A program made the position numbers and the translations under genes. Below are positions 47,690-58,826 of a stretch of DNA of 64,000 bases, one piece after another. Under the pieces are notes generated by a model that had not been told where the DNA came from, did not search any database, and worked only from the letters and a program-made list of their open reading frames with translations. Every line of letters starts with the position of its first letter. The stretch's first letter is position 1. Origin of the DNA: Pseudomonadota bacterium (GTDB lineage Bacteria; Bdellovibrionota_C; UBA2361; OMII01); the NCBI GenBank assembly GCA_038134595.1, contig JAYPVM010000004.1, forward strand, positions 37,573 through 101,572, written 5' to 3'.

Positions 47690-49099
47690 ATGCGGCTATT
47701 CGGTATTAAACACACTTCTCAAATCTGGTACTACCTTACAGTGTGTACGCCGAGCATCATTTTTTGTGCCACTATTATTTCGTTCTGGAAGGTCATTTTT
47801 GATTCTAGTTTTGCTACCATTCCTTGGTATCTGGTAGCCGTTGTATGTGGCATGTTTTTAAGTGTTGTTGTTCACTGCATCACATCACTGTGCGGGATGC
47901 TTCTGTATGGTGATCCAGAGGTTCAGAACAGAAAAAACGAGATTCGATTTGATAAAACCGGATGGGATGCGGATAAGCGTCTCATAGTCAGTTTTGTCTC
48001 GCAGGGTTTACAGGTTTCAGTTTTAAGAGACTCTGTAAAACAGGCGTATGATGTTTTGACAGAGCTAGGAGTTAATTTCGAGATTGAAGTCGTAGTGGAT
48101 AGCGCACCACTGCTTGATCGGATATTCGAATCTTTAGGTTGTGTAGTTGTAGATGTGCCTCGAGCATATCGTACCAAATCAGGCGCTCGATTTAAGGCTC
48201 GCTCTCTATGCTACGCTGCAGAGCAGCGCTTGGGGCGATATTCGACTATTGAGAATGCATGGGTTTTGCATTGTGATGAGGACACGCTTATTTCGCGGCA
48301 AGCTATAGTAGGGGTCCATAAGTTTTTGTCCATTAAAGATGCCGACCAGCGATGTGGTGCAGGAGAGAAAAAGCTCTATTCGCCCACAGGGCCGTCCCGC
48401 AGTGCGTTTTATAGATTTGTAGATTTTCATTGCACGGGCGAAGATTTAGGCCGCTATAGACTTCAGTTTAAGATGTGGCAAGCTTCAGTTTTTGGTGCGC
48501 ACGGCTCATTTGTTGTTATGCCTCTCAAGGTGGAGACGCCTGAGCTGTTTGAGGTTGGAGAGAAGGGGTCATTAACTGAAGATGTTTATGCTGCGATGAG
48601 ATTGCGGGTTCGCGGAATCCCGGTTGAGTGGATTGATGGCCACGTGTATGAGCAAGCCCCCCATGATTTACGTAATTTCCTGCTTCAGAGAGCCCGTTGG
48701 ATTCACGGGATTATTAATTTGTTTCTGGAGCGGGAGTTTCCGATAAATTATCGGATGATATGGTTTACGTACACCTCTATGTGGCGCACCGCTATGTTGA
48801 CGGGCCTTGTTTTTCTACTGGTGCTGCTAAACCTTGAGCACTATCCGTGGATTCTTGCCCTGTGGGGCTCGGCCGCCACAGCGATGGGAACTGTTGTTAC
48901 AGTCGGGGCACTACGAAATACTGAGGACGATCCAAACCTTTCTGCGATATCTCGAATTGGTCGATTGCTGAGAGCATTTCTGACAGCGCCTATTGTCTCT
49001 CTTATGGAAACAGGTGCGGTTCTTTACGCGGTAGTTTATCGACCGTCGTCTTTTTACGTGGTTGAGAAACGGATTGCGCTCGTGCAGTCGGCTACGTGA
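47690..49099 (+). CDS. Membrane GT2 glycosyltransferase, Egghead/BRE-3-like
   Basis: FKARSL, HCDED (DxD), HGSF, LTED and QRARW (QxxRW), flanked by TM helices. Confidence 0.78.
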   Translation: MRLFGIKHTSQIWYYLTVCTPSIIFCATIISFWKVIFDSSFATIPWYLVAVVCGMFLSVVVHCITSLCGMLLYGDPEVQNRKNEIRFDKTGWDADKRLIVSFVSQGLQVSVLRDSVKQAYDVLTELGVNFEIEVVVDSAPLLDRIFESLGCVVVDVPRAYRTKSGARFKARSLCYAAEQRLGRYSTIENAWVLHCDEDTLISRQAIVGVHKFLSIKDADQRCGAGEKKLYSPTGPSRSAFYRFVDFHCTGEDLGRYRLQFKMWQASVFGAHGSFVVMPLKVETPELFEVGEKGSLTEDVYAAMRLRVRGIPVEWIDGHVYEQAPHDLRNFLLQRARWIHGIINLFLEREFPINYRMIWFTYTSMWRTAMLTGLVFLLVLLNLEHYPWILALWGSAATAMGTVVTVGALRNTEDDPNLSAISRIGRLLRAFLTAPIVSLMETGAVLYAVVYRPSSFYVVEKRIALVQSAT

Positions 49100-49132
49100 A
49101 TGCACTAATACTCGTATCCAGATTGTATAGCG

Positions 49133-50008
49133 ATGGTTCAGTTGTCAGGTTTTATATTTGCTGTATTGGCCTTTAGCGCATGGGGTTTTATCCCTCTTTT
49201 TTGGAAGCTACTAAGCGGCACTTCGGCTTTTGCGATTCTTTGTCATAGGATGACTTGGTCTGCGATAGTTTTAGCCGTCTTGTTGCTAACAACGGGTCGT
49301 ATAAACTCAGTCGTAAATCACCTTCGATTTGCAAGAAATCTGAGGCTACTTGCTTGTACTAGTTTGCTTATCGGTGGGAATTGGTTTGTCTTTGTATGGG
49401 CAGTTAATACCGGTAGGACACTTGACGCTAGTTTGGGATATTTTATAGCGCCATTGCTCAATGTGGTCTTGGGAAGGCTTAGTTTAAGGGAGAGATTAGG
49501 AAAAACTCAGACACTATCGGTCTGTCTGGTAGCCTTGGGCGTAGGCAACCTTACGTTTGTAACACAGGCTGTTCCTTTTACAGCACTTTTTTTGGCGGTT
49601 TCATTTTCGTTCTACGGGTTGCTGAGGAAAACCGCGGCGGTTGGCTCCTTGGAGGGGTTGTTTGTTGAATGTTTGTTTTTATTTCTACCGGCAGTTGCCT
49701 ACTTATTATGGAATGAGTTTGATGGTAGCGTAGGTTTTTTGGCGCTGCCGTTTAAGGAAAAGGCGTTACTTGCTCTCGCGGGGCCTATTACGGTAATTCC
49801 GTTGTATTGGTATACGAAAGGAGCCCGACGCATATCGTTGACTAGCCTAGGTCTATTGCAGTACATCGCTCCGTCCCTACAGTTTCTTGTGGCTGTATTG
49901 CTATTGGGTGAGCCTATGGATAGCGGTCGGCTGTATTCATTTATTGTGATTTGGTCAGGGTTGGTCCTGTTTTCTGCTGGTAGTACCTTTGAGCGATGGC
50001 GAAACTAA
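49133..50008 (+). CDS. rarD: RarD-type EamA transporter
   Basis: WGFIPLFWK, HR..WS, NWFVFVWAVN, ASLGYFI.PL, YGLLRK, LGLLQYIAP. Confidence 0.9.
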   Translation: MVQLSGFIFAVLAFSAWGFIPLFWKLLSGTSAFAILCHRMTWSAIVLAVLLLTTGRINSVVNHLRFARNLRLLACTSLLIGGNWFVFVWAVNTGRTLDASLGYFIAPLLNVVLGRLSLRERLGKTQTLSVCLVALGVGNLTFVTQAVPFTALFLAVSFSFYGLLRKTAAVGSLEGLFVECLFLFLPAVAYLLWNEFDGSVGFLALPFKEKALLALAGPITVIPLYWYTKGARRISLTSLGLLQYIAPSLQFLVAVLLLGEPMDSGRLYSFIVIWSGLVLFSAGSTFERWRN

Positions 50009-50105
50009 GCGAGCGGCTTTGCATACGTATGGAGCTGAGAACAAGCTGAAGGACGAATTGATTGCGAAGCTCTCATGCACGACTGCTCCAATACGCCGGG
50101 GGTGA

Positions 50106-51095
50106 TTAGCGTATTAAGCGTTCCATAGTAGTGGAATGGGCGTTGGGACTATATCGATAGCGGGGCCCAAGCTCTTGGCAACACGTCTTAAGTAGTTCTA
50201 TGAGCGCCAAGGTAGGATTAACATTTCTTTCGAATATGAGGTGTTCTGTTTCGAGCGCGGTTTGTAGGGCATTGGCCCATATTGCGGCACTGTTTCTATC
50301 AGAGGCTGAGGTCGTTAATTTATTTCGAAACAGAGTCTTTATGAGAGAGATGCGCTCCTTGAGAAGGTTTTTGTCTCCCGCCCATTTTTGAGCTAAGGAG
50401 ACTATTTTAACCTGATTGCCCTGCCATGCGAAGTCTACAGCGTCCTTGACCTCATCTGTAAATTTTCCGTCCGTATCGAGAGACTCTAGTGTCGACATGG
50501 ACCCCTCAGCAAGTGGCACGAGTTGTAGTTTCTCGAGAGAGTCTCCCTGTTGCTTAAGTATAGTGGTTAGTTCCAAGTCGCTTAGCCGATCAAAGAACCA
50601 CCGCTGGCATCTAGATAGTACAGTCTGAGGAAGCCGAGAGGGGGTTTCCGCTATTAGTATAAAATAAGAGTTTGCGCGTGGTTCTTCGAGCGTTTTGAGA
50701 AGTATGTTCGCTCCTACTACCGATAGGGTATCCGCATCGTTTAGAACAGTGATCTTGGCACCCCCCATAAATGCTCGTTTTTGGAGGCGCTCGAGTGTAG
50801 TTCGGAGTTCATTTACCCCTCCGTTATCGCTATTACATTCAAACATACATAGGTCTGGATGTGTCTGAGCTTCAACCAGTATGCAGCTCTTACATGAACC
50901 GCAGGCGTGTGAGTCTGGCGTCTCTAGCGACTGGCATAGGAGACGCTTTGCTAATTCGTGAGCGACAAGCTTTTTGCCAATTCCACGAGCGCCGCTAAAT
51001 AGCAGTGAAGAAGGGAGGCGTTGCTCCTTCATAAGCTTCATAAGAGCTTGGAGCTGTTTGATATGTCCGACGATTGAAATGCTCATATACTCCAT
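50106..51095 (-). CDS. holB: DNA polymerase III subunit delta'
   Basis: IVGH, LLFSGARGIGK, C..CGSCKSC zinc motif, HPD, ANILLKTLEEP, TVLSRCQ; real start ~51086-51095. Confidence 0.88.
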   Translation of the reverse strand: MEYMSISIVGHIKQLQALMKLMKEQRLPSSLLFSGARGIGKKLVAHELAKRLLCQSLETPDSHACGSCKSCILVEAQTHPDLCMFECNSDNGGVNELRTTLERLQKRAFMGGAKITVLNDADTLSVVGANILLKTLEEPRANSYFILIAETPSRLPQTVLSRCQRWFFDRLSDLELTTILKQQGDSLEKLQLVPLAEGSMSTLESLDTDGKFTDEVKDAVDFAWQGNQVKIVSLAQKWAGDKNLLKERISLIKTLFRNKLTTSASDRNSAAIWANALQTALETEHLIFERNVNPTLALIELLKTCCQELGPRYRYSPNAHSTTMERLIR

Positions 51096-51334
51096 GACTT
51101 TACGAACCTTTTGTGAGGTTGTGAAGAGAAAACAACAGGAAAAACCCCTCTTTTGATATGCAGGGGGTGAATGCAGGGGAGGTTGTGGCTTGTTTGTACA
51201 ATTGCCATCCGTAAGGTAGCGTGTGATGGTTAGATCTAAAGCTACTCTGTGGAAGCCTAGACCTTGTCTGAATAGAAAAAGAGGAGGTTGATTCGGTAGA
51301 GAGGCTCGTTTTGTTCCCAATCAGGATGTGAACT

Positions 51335-53704
51335 TTAATTGGCTTTGGCAGCCTCTTTTTTCTTTTTTTCTTCCTCTTTCTTTAGTCGGGTATAGTCTAG
51401 ATAACTTAAATTTGCCTGTATATTGTCGGTATTGCTGTAGACGTAGGCAAGAAAGAATTCGGTTATAGTTGCTTTGCGGTTTTGAAGCTCTTCGGCTAGA
51501 CGTAGTACTAAAGGCATTCTGGTTGAGTTCTCATTCTCAAATGCTTCCCACCATTTGCGAGCACTTCCAGTTGTATTATCCCAATCCAGATTCTTTTTGA
51601 CCTCAGAGAGCTTCTCTGTAATCTGTTGCTCTGACCAGCCTGCTGTATTCGTGATTCCTGCTGGAAGCCCATTTCCGTTGCCGTTAGATCCTCCGCCACC
51701 TGAATTAGAGGATTCAGGGAGAACAACAGGGGCTTCTTTGTACTCGATAGGCGCAGTTCGAAGTTTCAGTTCTAGTTCATCAGAATCGAATTCGGTCAAC
51801 CTTTTGAGCATTTCTGGAAGTTTATAGAACGGGATAAGGTGGCCTTGGAATACTGGTGTTTCGGGCATGAAAAACGTATTGATGTTGTCGGCTGGCCGTC
51901 CTATTTCATCTGGCGTTAATACGGCACGCTGTTGTACCTGTTCCTGTGTGCTATCGTTTCGACTGGCAAATACTTCTACCATCTTACGGTTTGCACCTGT
52001 TGATTGTGTTTGAAATCGAATGGTCATCTGTCCGCTTTCTTTTGATGCCCATTCTGCGTCAACAAGGTCTAGTGCTGGCATGAATATCTTAGTACTAAAA
52101 CCCGCAAGGACAGAGTCTGAATCGTCGTTGTAATTCGCCTTTACCTGCGCCGTTGATTGGATAGCCGCAACGATACTGACGTTTCTGGATCGTAATGTGT
52201 TTAACTTTACATGGATGTCTGGGAGACGACCAAGTGCGCTCGCAAACTCATCGATTACAAATCCTACGGGTCGCGGTAACTTGACGCCAGGCATCTGCTC
52301 AGCTCGTTTCGTTAGGAATCGAAGGAGTTCAACCACGATAACGTTTGCCATCGGCCGAAGCATTTCTAACTCAGACTCTCGTAGTTCGACGATGAAAAGC
52401 GTCGGTTTTTGAATGAGGTCTTCAACGTCTAATTCCATCTGAGCGGTAGTTGCGCGAATGGCAGTTAAATCCCAGGCTGACAGCCGCATACTGAGTTCTG
52501 ACATGATTGTATCAGCGTTTTGAGAGCCAGAGCGAGCCAGCTCTACGAATGTTCGAGTGTTTCTGATGGCCTCGGGATGTGCTTCTAGCCAATCGCACAT
52601 CGGCTTCATTCCCGACTGAACGATCTCGTGGATGCGGGGCATGGAAAGAGTTTCTTTCTCGTCGTGAAGAAGGCCTACCATTATTGAGTTTAGTATCGCG
52701 AGAGCATTGTTTCTGAAGAAGGGGCTATCTGATTTCGCTTGGGGTTGGTCAGTTGCAGAGATAACTGTTTGAGCGATTAGTTTACAGTCTGTATCATCTT
52801 CAATCTTTCCTAGGATATTCCAACTTAGAGAGCGCGCTCTATCAAGGGGATTAAAGAGCACGATGTTCTTGTCTGGGTTGTATTTTCGCGTCATTGCAGC
52901 AAGATATCGCCACATCTCAGGTTTTGAGTCGATAACGATGGTAGATCGTACTGGATCCATGCAATCGTTGTAGAGGATGGGTAAGATAAACTTCGTAGTT
53001 TTACCCGAACCGGTTTTTGCAACGATTAGGACGTGACGATTTCGCTTCTCGCGAGGAAGCACCATTTTTGCTGATTTAAATGCAAGTCCATCGGTTCCTC
53101 TAAGTTCTGAGACGTATAAGATGGTGTCGCCGTCTTCTCCGGAAGGTTTCGTCCATGTTGCAATTTGCTCTGTGTTTGCGAGGTCCCCGGAGCCTAGTTC
53201 GTTGCTTTTCGATCGTTGGGGTCGTCTGCTTGCTTCCTTTACCAGTGATGACAGGGATAAATCACCGATGATGACGCCGGTTTTTCTGTATTCAATCCAA
53301 GCGTGTCGGACTACAAAGCCAAGATATGCAACGAACACTACAAACATCGCTTCTTCAACAACAAATCGATGTTGATATGGTGTTATTAATAGAGAGGCTA
53401 GAGGCTCGATAACAGGGAGAGGACTGACTCCTAGTCCAGTTCGATTCATCGCATCGATGGTGCTATCGATAAATCGGATCACTCTATCTTGGTCGGTTAG
53501 GTGAAGGACTTCGGCAATAAAGAGGATAATTCCTGCTACTCCAGGAATAAAGCTTTGAACTAGAGTGGTGTTACCAGCTTTTACGAATTGATACATGAGA
53601 CATCCCACCGCGCCGATGCCGAGGGTGAGTAGGCCAACGATAGCTGGGAGGTGATAAAACCAGTCTATAAAATTTAGTACGAGAAGCTCTATCGCGCGAA
53701 ACAT
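51335..53704 (-). CDS. VirD4/TraG-family type IV coupling ATPase with a C-terminal extension
   Basis: N-terminal TMs, Walker A AKTGSGKT, IDSKPE, FNP...S.SWN, Walker B FVIDEF, LRSRNV..AIQS.AQ, RAVLTPDEI. Confidence 0.85.
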   Translation of the reverse strand: MFRAIELLVLNFIDWFYHLPAIVGLLTLGIGAVGCLMYQFVKAGNTTLVQSFIPGVAGIILFIAEVLHLTDQDRVIRFIDSTIDAMNRTGLGVSPLPVIEPLASLLITPYQHRFVVEEAMFVVFVAYLGFVVRHAWIEYRKTGVIIGDLSLSSLVKEASRRPQRSKSNELGSGDLANTEQIATWTKPSGEDGDTILYVSELRGTDGLAFKSAKMVLPREKRNRHVLIVAKTGSGKTTKFILPILYNDCMDPVRSTIVIDSKPEMWRYLAAMTRKYNPDKNIVLFNPLDRARSLSWNILGKIEDDTDCKLIAQTVISATDQPQAKSDSPFFRNNALAILNSIMVGLLHDEKETLSMPRIHEIVQSGMKPMCDWLEAHPEAIRNTRTFVELARSGSQNADTIMSELSMRLSAWDLTAIRATTAQMELDVEDLIQKPTLFIVELRESELEMLRPMANVIVVELLRFLTKRAEQMPGVKLPRPVGFVIDEFASALGRLPDIHVKLNTLRSRNVSIVAAIQSTAQVKANYNDDSDSVLAGFSTKIFMPALDLVDAEWASKESGQMTIRFQTQSTGANRKMVEVFASRNDSTQEQVQQRAVLTPDEIGRPADNINTFFMPETPVFQGHLIPFYKLPEMLKRLTEFDSDELELKLRTAPIEYKEAPVVLPESSNSGGGGSNGNGNGLPAGITNTAGWSEQQITEKLSEVKKNLDWDNTTGSARKWWEAFENENSTRMPLVLRLAEELQNRKATITEFFLAYVYSNTDNIQANLSYLDYTRLKKEEEKKKKEAAKAN

Positions 53705-53921
53705 GTTCTAGGTAATTTTCCTAATAATTAAGATCTTCCTACATTTAATAGCATAGTACCGATACTACAAGTGCTATGTAACTCACTGATAATACATTTG
53801 TTTGCGATTAACATCCCTCCATAACCCATTTTTGAAAAACACGTACTTATCGCGCACGTAAGCCTAGTTGTTTATATGAGTCGGAAGTTTTTCGCATTAG
53901 CTAGTCGTTCTGGAGCCATTT

Positions 53922-55073
53922 TTATGTCCTCTCGATGACCGTTGCGATTCCCATCCCCAACCCTATACACATAGTGACTAATGCGAACTGTTTGTCTTGT
54001 CGTTCGAGTTCATCGAGAGCGGTTCCGATAAGCATCGCACCAGTAGCACCCAGGGGATGTCCTAACGAAATGCCACCACCATTTATATTCACTCTGTCGC
54101 TATCGAGACTCAGCTCTCGCATGGTCATGATTGCCACCGGAGCGAAAGCTTCGTTTATCTCCCAAATGTCTATATCTTGAACCGCGAGTCCGGCCCTTTC
54201 AAGTGCCTGCTTTGAAGCTTCGACTGGTCCGGTGAGCATAATACGAGGAGGGGAGCCTATTGCTACTTGTGCTCGTATTCGAGCTCGGGCGACTAGATTG
54301 TGACGCTTTAGTGCCTCAGAACTCGCTAGAAGTACCGCTGCTGCACCATCTACGATGGCTGAAGCGTTGCCTGCTGTTATAATTCCGTTTTCTTCCTTGA
54401 AGACCGTCCTTAATCCAGCTAGTCCATCGATTGTTGTCTCAGGACGCGGGTTGTCATCAACGGCAAGAGTCTGTTCGTGCCCATTTTCGTCTTTATACGG
54501 GACGGGAACGAGGCTTTTTGAGAAGCGCCCCTCTTCTGTGGCGATTTTTGCTCGCATCTGTGATGAAAGAGCAAATGTATCGGCATCAGTACGAGAGATA
54601 TTAAATTCCTCTGCCAGTATCTCTGCTGCTAACCCCTGTTGAACTAAATCAGGATGATGTTTTATCAATAATGGACTATCCGCGCCACCACAATCACTAA
54701 ACATCGGAACACGTGTCATGTGCTCTACGCCGCCTCCGATTGCGAGATCGTATGTACCAGCTTTGATGCCTGAGGCTGCAAAATTTACTGCTTGCTGTCC
54801 GGAGCCGCAGAGGCGGTTGATTGTGGTAGCAGGTACTGTGTGTGGCCATCCAGCAGCAAGCACGGCAGCTCGACCGATACACCACCCCTGTTCAAGTGTT
54901 TGCGTGACGCATCCTACAAGGACATCATTTATAGAATCTGCTGTAATGCTGTTACGTTTAATGAGCGCATTGAGGGGATAAGTCAGAAGATCTGTTGGGT
55001 GAACATTTGAAAATCGCCCTTTCTTTTTTGCGCGAGGTGTTCGTACTGCATCTACTATGAAGGCTTCTGACAT
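53922..55073 (-). CDS. Thiolase (acetyl-CoA C-acyltransferase)
   Basis: INRLCGSG, NEAFA, GHPLGATG, CIGLGMG. Confidence 0.95.
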   Translation of the reverse strand: MSEAFIVDAVRTPRAKKKGRFSNVHPTDLLTYPLNALIKRNSITADSINDVLVGCVTQTLEQGWCIGRAAVLAAGWPHTVPATTINRLCGSGQQAVNFAASGIKAGTYDLAIGGGVEHMTRVPMFSDCGGADSPLLIKHHPDLVQQGLAAEILAEEFNISRTDADTFALSSQMRAKIATEEGRFSKSLVPVPYKDENGHEQTLAVDDNPRPETTIDGLAGLRTVFKEENGIITAGNASAIVDGAAAVLLASSEALKRHNLVARARIRAQVAIGSPPRIMLTGPVEASKQALERAGLAVQDIDIWEINEAFAPVAIMTMRELSLDSDRVNINGGGISLGHPLGATGAMLIGTALDELERQDKQFALVTMCIGLGMGIATVIERT

Positions 55074-55171
55074 TGTTTCTCCCATCACTTAGTTTGGTAT
55101 CCCTGATCGTCTCGTATTATAACCTTCTTCGCAAATACATTTGACAGATTGTTTGTTGAAACACTGTCCCG

Positions 55172-55879
55172 TTATCGAATAAGAGATATCTCTGTACGCC
55201 TATTTAGTTGTCTACCCGCGGCTGTTCGGTTTGTTGCGACAGGACGGGAAGCAGAGAAGCTCTCTATGACGATCTGATCGGTTGCGACACCTCGCGAGGC
55301 GAGGTAGCTAGCAACGGTTTCAGCTCTTGCTCGAGCAAGCTGCTCGTTGTAGTGAGCTTGGCCGGTATCATCAGTATGCCCAGCAACACGAATTCTATTT
55401 AAATTTGGACTCTCTTTGAGCGCTTCTACGATCGACTCTAGATTATTTATCGCGGCGAGTCGAAGGTTCGTTTGGTCTTCGTCGAAGAAGACGGTGTAGA
55501 TGCCCCCGGTAGGATCTGCACTAAGAGATGAGTCGAGTTGTGATTGAAGTTTTTCTAGTTGGCGGAAATTTGTAAGCGATTGTATGTGGAGGTTGTCTAA
55601 CCTTCGATTTTGCTTTAAGTGGTTGGTTTCCTCGAAATCATATCCTAGTCCCATAAGAAGTCCTGCAACTGCCCCAAAGCCCGACCCGACTGCGACACCT
55701 TTTCCGGGGGTTGAAACTTGATTTCCCACAACAGCTCCTGCACCAGCTCCCCAGCCGGCGCCGAGAATCGCACCAGCGATTGATTTGTCAGGACCTGGCT
55801 GTGGTGTCGTACAAGCGATAAACGAGGTGAGAGAGATCCCTAGTACTGTTAGCTTGAATAAATTGTGGTAGGTCGTCAT
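55172..55879 (-). CDS. OmpA-family lipoprotein with a glycine zipper
   Basis: Lipobox FIAC, GAILGAGWGAGAG zipper, GHTD...N..L...RA..V and NRRTEI. Confidence 0.9.
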   Translation of the reverse strand: MTTYHNLFKLTVLGISLTSFIACTTPQPGPDKSIAGAILGAGWGAGAGAVVGNQVSTPGKGVAVGSGFGAVAGLLMGLGYDFEETNHLKQNRRLDNLHIQSLTNFRQLEKLQSQLDSSLSADPTGGIYTVFFDEDQTNLRLAAINNLESIVEALKESPNLNRIRVAGHTDDTGQAHYNEQLARARAETVASYLASRGVATDQIVIESFSASRPVATNRTAAGRQLNRRTEISLIR

Positions 55880-56000
55880 ACCAATCTCCTTTTTGGTAGT
55901 ACTATGTGAGTAGGGAGATGAAAAATGACCTGCTCACGCGACTCAATTCATCACCGCCCTGCCAGAGCTTGTAGAGGAACTTAGTTGAGATACAAGGTTC

Positions 56001-56032
56001 CTCTCTTTAGGGAAGATTCGACTTAAAGAGAG
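56001..56032. terminator. Hairpin just after the lnt stop, possible terminator or processing site
   Basis: ctctcttta/taaagagag perfect 9 bp stem; no clear T-tract. Confidence 0.35.
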
Positions 56033-56037
56033 CGTAA

Positions 56038-57540
56038 CTAGAGAACTTTTTGCCTAAAACGAAGCGAGCTGAATAATAACACAGCGGTTGAAATTGCGGC
56101 TAGGATAGTCCAGATCATTTCAACAGGCATATTGGTGTAGAAACTTCGGTAGTTTAGTAGTGAAATCTCCATTTGCAGAACACTTTCAGTATATGGCAGT
56201 AGCTGCGCAAGTGTCTTGCCCGTCGGATCCACCACGGCTGTAAGACCGGTGTTGGTGGAGCGTAATAGATAGCGCCTGTTTTCGATCGCCCGAAAGCTTG
56301 CAATGGCATGGTGTTGATACGGAGCCACGGAATCGCCGAACCATGCGTCATTGGTTTGGTTAATTAAGACTTGCGCACCTAGCATAGTGGCCGTCTTTCC
56401 AAGTGAGGGTAGGATGTCTTCATAGCATACTAGCGGCGACAGTTTCACTTCTTGGCCGGTAGAGGTCGTATACGACATAACTCTTGGGATAGTTCCAGGA
56501 GTGAGTTGAATAAATGGGCCATTTAAATCTCGCAACCATTGACTGTATTGGCTAAAGGGCATGTATTCTCCAAATGGGAGGAGAATAATTTTATGATACG
56601 GAGTGTCTATACTGCCGTCTGGCCGGATGAGCAGGCTCGAATTGTGGTATATGAAATCGGATTTTCGAGTAAGTGCCCCTACAAGAAAGACCGACCCGTC
56701 CCCGATAAAGGGCAAAAATCGAGATTCTGTCACATGCGATACATTGGCAGGGACTGAATCCGTGATGACCGACTCGGGCCAAACAATAAGCGTGTCGGCC
56801 TTGGATACAAGAGCACTGGACGCTAAGTAATGCTCCCGATTAATAGTAAAGAATGTCTTATTGTGTTTCTCTTCTAGCGATACGTTGCCTTGAATTAAGG
56901 CGGCTGATAGAGAGGGGCTCTTCGCAATAGTCAAACGCAGTGAGTCTTGAACCCAGATGCCATATCCTAAAGCGGTCAGAAATGTCAGTACAGAAAGTAT
57001 TCTAGCTTGAAGTGATACAACCTTGCGGTTGCACAGCGATTCTACGAGCCAGAACATTACAAAGGTAATTCCCGAAACTCCCGTTATTCCTGCAAGCTGA
57101 GCAAAGCTTAAAAATCCAAGTTGAGTGTGCCCAAAGTCCCACGGAAAGAGTTTTATCCAAAACTCATGAGCGATCAGCCATGAAAGGGGAAGGGCAAGCC
57201 CGGAGCGCTCCATCCAGTTAACAGCGCGACCTCTGATAAATGCAAAAATAACAAACTGAAAAGCGCTCACAACTGCATAGAGAGAAAAGACCGCAAAGGT
57301 TGGTAGTGCAGGGAAGCCTCCAAAATCGCTTATCGTCCCGCATAGCCAATAGAATCCTCCGGCGTATCCGAATATACCTGCGAGAAAAAAACGTCGGATT
57401 CTATGGCGCGGATCGTGTAGAGCAACGGCAAACAGGGCAGTAGATGTCCAACCGAGTGCCGCGCCGACAGATGTCGAGGGGTTCCACCACGCAACAACGA
57501 GCGCTATCGTCCCCAGAAATGTAACTAGCCACGAGGTCAT
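56038..57540 (-). CDS. lnt: Apolipoprotein N-acyltransferase
   Basis: FPW, IQGN, WPES, K...PFGEYMP, VCYED, TNDAWF, RAIEN (E-K-C triad). Confidence 0.94.
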   Translation of the reverse strand: MTSWLVTFLGTIALVVAWWNPSTSVGAALGWTSTALFAVALHDPRHRIRRFFLAGIFGYAGGFYWLCGTISDFGGFPALPTFAVFSLYAVVSAFQFVIFAFIRGRAVNWMERSGLALPLSWLIAHEFWIKLFPWDFGHTQLGFLSFAQLAGITGVSGITFVMFWLVESLCNRKVVSLQARILSVLTFLTALGYGIWVQDSLRLTIAKSPSLSAALIQGNVSLEEKHNKTFFTINREHYLASSALVSKADTLIVWPESVITDSVPANVSHVTESRFLPFIGDGSVFLVGALTRKSDFIYHNSSLLIRPDGSIDTPYHKIILLPFGEYMPFSQYSQWLRDLNGPFIQLTPGTIPRVMSYTTSTGQEVKLSPLVCYEDILPSLGKTATMLGAQVLINQTNDAWFGDSVAPYQHHAIASFRAIENRRYLLRSTNTGLTAVVDPTGKTLAQLLPYTESVLQMEISLLNYRSFYTNMPVEMIWTILAAISTAVLLFSSLRFRQKVL

Positions 57541-58826
57541 GCGAATGGATTAGTACAGAAGGAAGATCCTGCTAATGCTGTTTCTATCCACAGGAGTCGG
57601 TTGTACTTAGCTGTTCTCTCTCCTCGACACACTGAACCAGTCTTGATCTGTCCACAGCCGGTAGCGACAGCTAGGTCTGCGATTGAGGTATCTTCTGTTT
57701 CTCCTGAACGGTGGGACATTACAGAGCGGTAGCCGTTTTTATGAGCCAAATCAATCGCTTCGAGTGTCTCAGTGACAGTTCCAATTTGGTTTAGCTTTAT
57801 AAGAATAGCATTTCCTGCAACCTGAGCGATTCCATCAGCAAGGCGCTTTGTATTGGTCACAAACAGGTCGTCTCCGACTAGTTGAATACGATCTCCGATT
57901 TTTTCGGTCATCATACGCCATCCATCCCAATCGTTTTCATCTAAGCCATCTTCGATGCTTACGAGCGGGTAGCTATCTGCCCACGAGGCGTACATGTCGA
58001 CGAGGTCTGCTGATGAGAATTCTTCTTTTGTGCTCTTTTTGAATACGTATGTGCCCTTTTCTTTGTTATAGAATTCACTCGCGGCCACGTCGAGAGCTAT
58101 AGAGACATCGTTGCCCGGCTCGTAGCCAGCATCAGTGATTGACTCCATAAGGGCGTCCAAAGTTGCCTGTGGACTTTCAAGATCTGGAGCAAAGCCACCT
58201 TCATCTCCAATGCCGGTCGACAGGCCCTTTTTCTTAAGGTTTTTCTTCAGCGCATGGAACACTTCCGAGGCGCATCGAATGTTTTCAAAGAAAGTGCTGG
58301 AGACGTGCGGAACGATCATGAACTCTTGAAAGTCGAGAGCATTAGCTGCGTGAGCGCCGCCGTTTACGATGTTAACTAAAGGAACTGGCAACTGGCGAGC
58401 ATTGGCCCCACCTATGTATCTAAAAAGAGGGATGCGTAAGTAGTTTGCTCCTGCGTGAGCTGCGGCGAGACTCACTCCCAGAATCGCGTTGGCTCCTAGC
58501 TTGCTCTTGGTCTCCGTGCCGTCTAAGTCGATGAGCTTCCTATCTAGGTGAGCGAGCTCAAGCACATTGTGGCCAGCAACAACGGGAGCTATCTTCTCTT
58601 TTATGTTTTCAACCGCCTTGAGGACGCCTTTGCCGAGATATCGTTCGGCATCGCCATCTCGGAGCTCTAGAGCTTCATATTCCCCGGTAGAAGCTCCCGA
58701 GGGCACCATGCTGGTTCCCTGCGTTCCATCTTGAAGTGTAACCGTAGCGGCAATGGTGGGAAACCCACGTGAGTCAAGGCATTCGTATGCGGTAACTGAA
58801 GCGATAGTACTGGTTTTGGTGCTCAT
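57537..58826 (-). CDS. eno: Enolase
   Basis: [52 protein letters not shown]. Confidence 0.98.
   Translation of the reverse strand: MSTKTSTIASVTAYECLDSRGFPTIAATVTLQDGTQGTSMVPSGASTGEYEALELRDGDAERYLGKGVLKAVENIKEKIAPVVAGHNVLELAHLDRKLIDLDGTETKSKLGANAILGVSLAAAHAGANYLRIPLFRYIGGANARQLPVPLVNIVNGGAHAANALDFQEFMIVPHVSSTFFENIRCASEVFHALKKNLKKKGLSTGIGDEGGFAPDLESPQATLDALMESITDAGYEPGNDVSIALDVAASEFYNKEKGTYVFKKSTKEEFSSADLVDMYASWADSYPLVSIEDGLDENDWDGWRMMTEKIGDRIQLVGDDLFVTNTKRLADGIAQVAGNAILIKLNQIGTVTETLEAIDLAHKNGYRSVMSHRSGETEDTSIADLAVATGCGQIKTGSVCRGERTAKYNRLLWIETALAGSSFCTNPFA

Noticed and set aside
50106..55879. ICE or conjugative element around the coupling protein
   Set aside because: Flanks are housekeeping genes; no integrase, relaxase, mating-pair genes or direct repeats are seen
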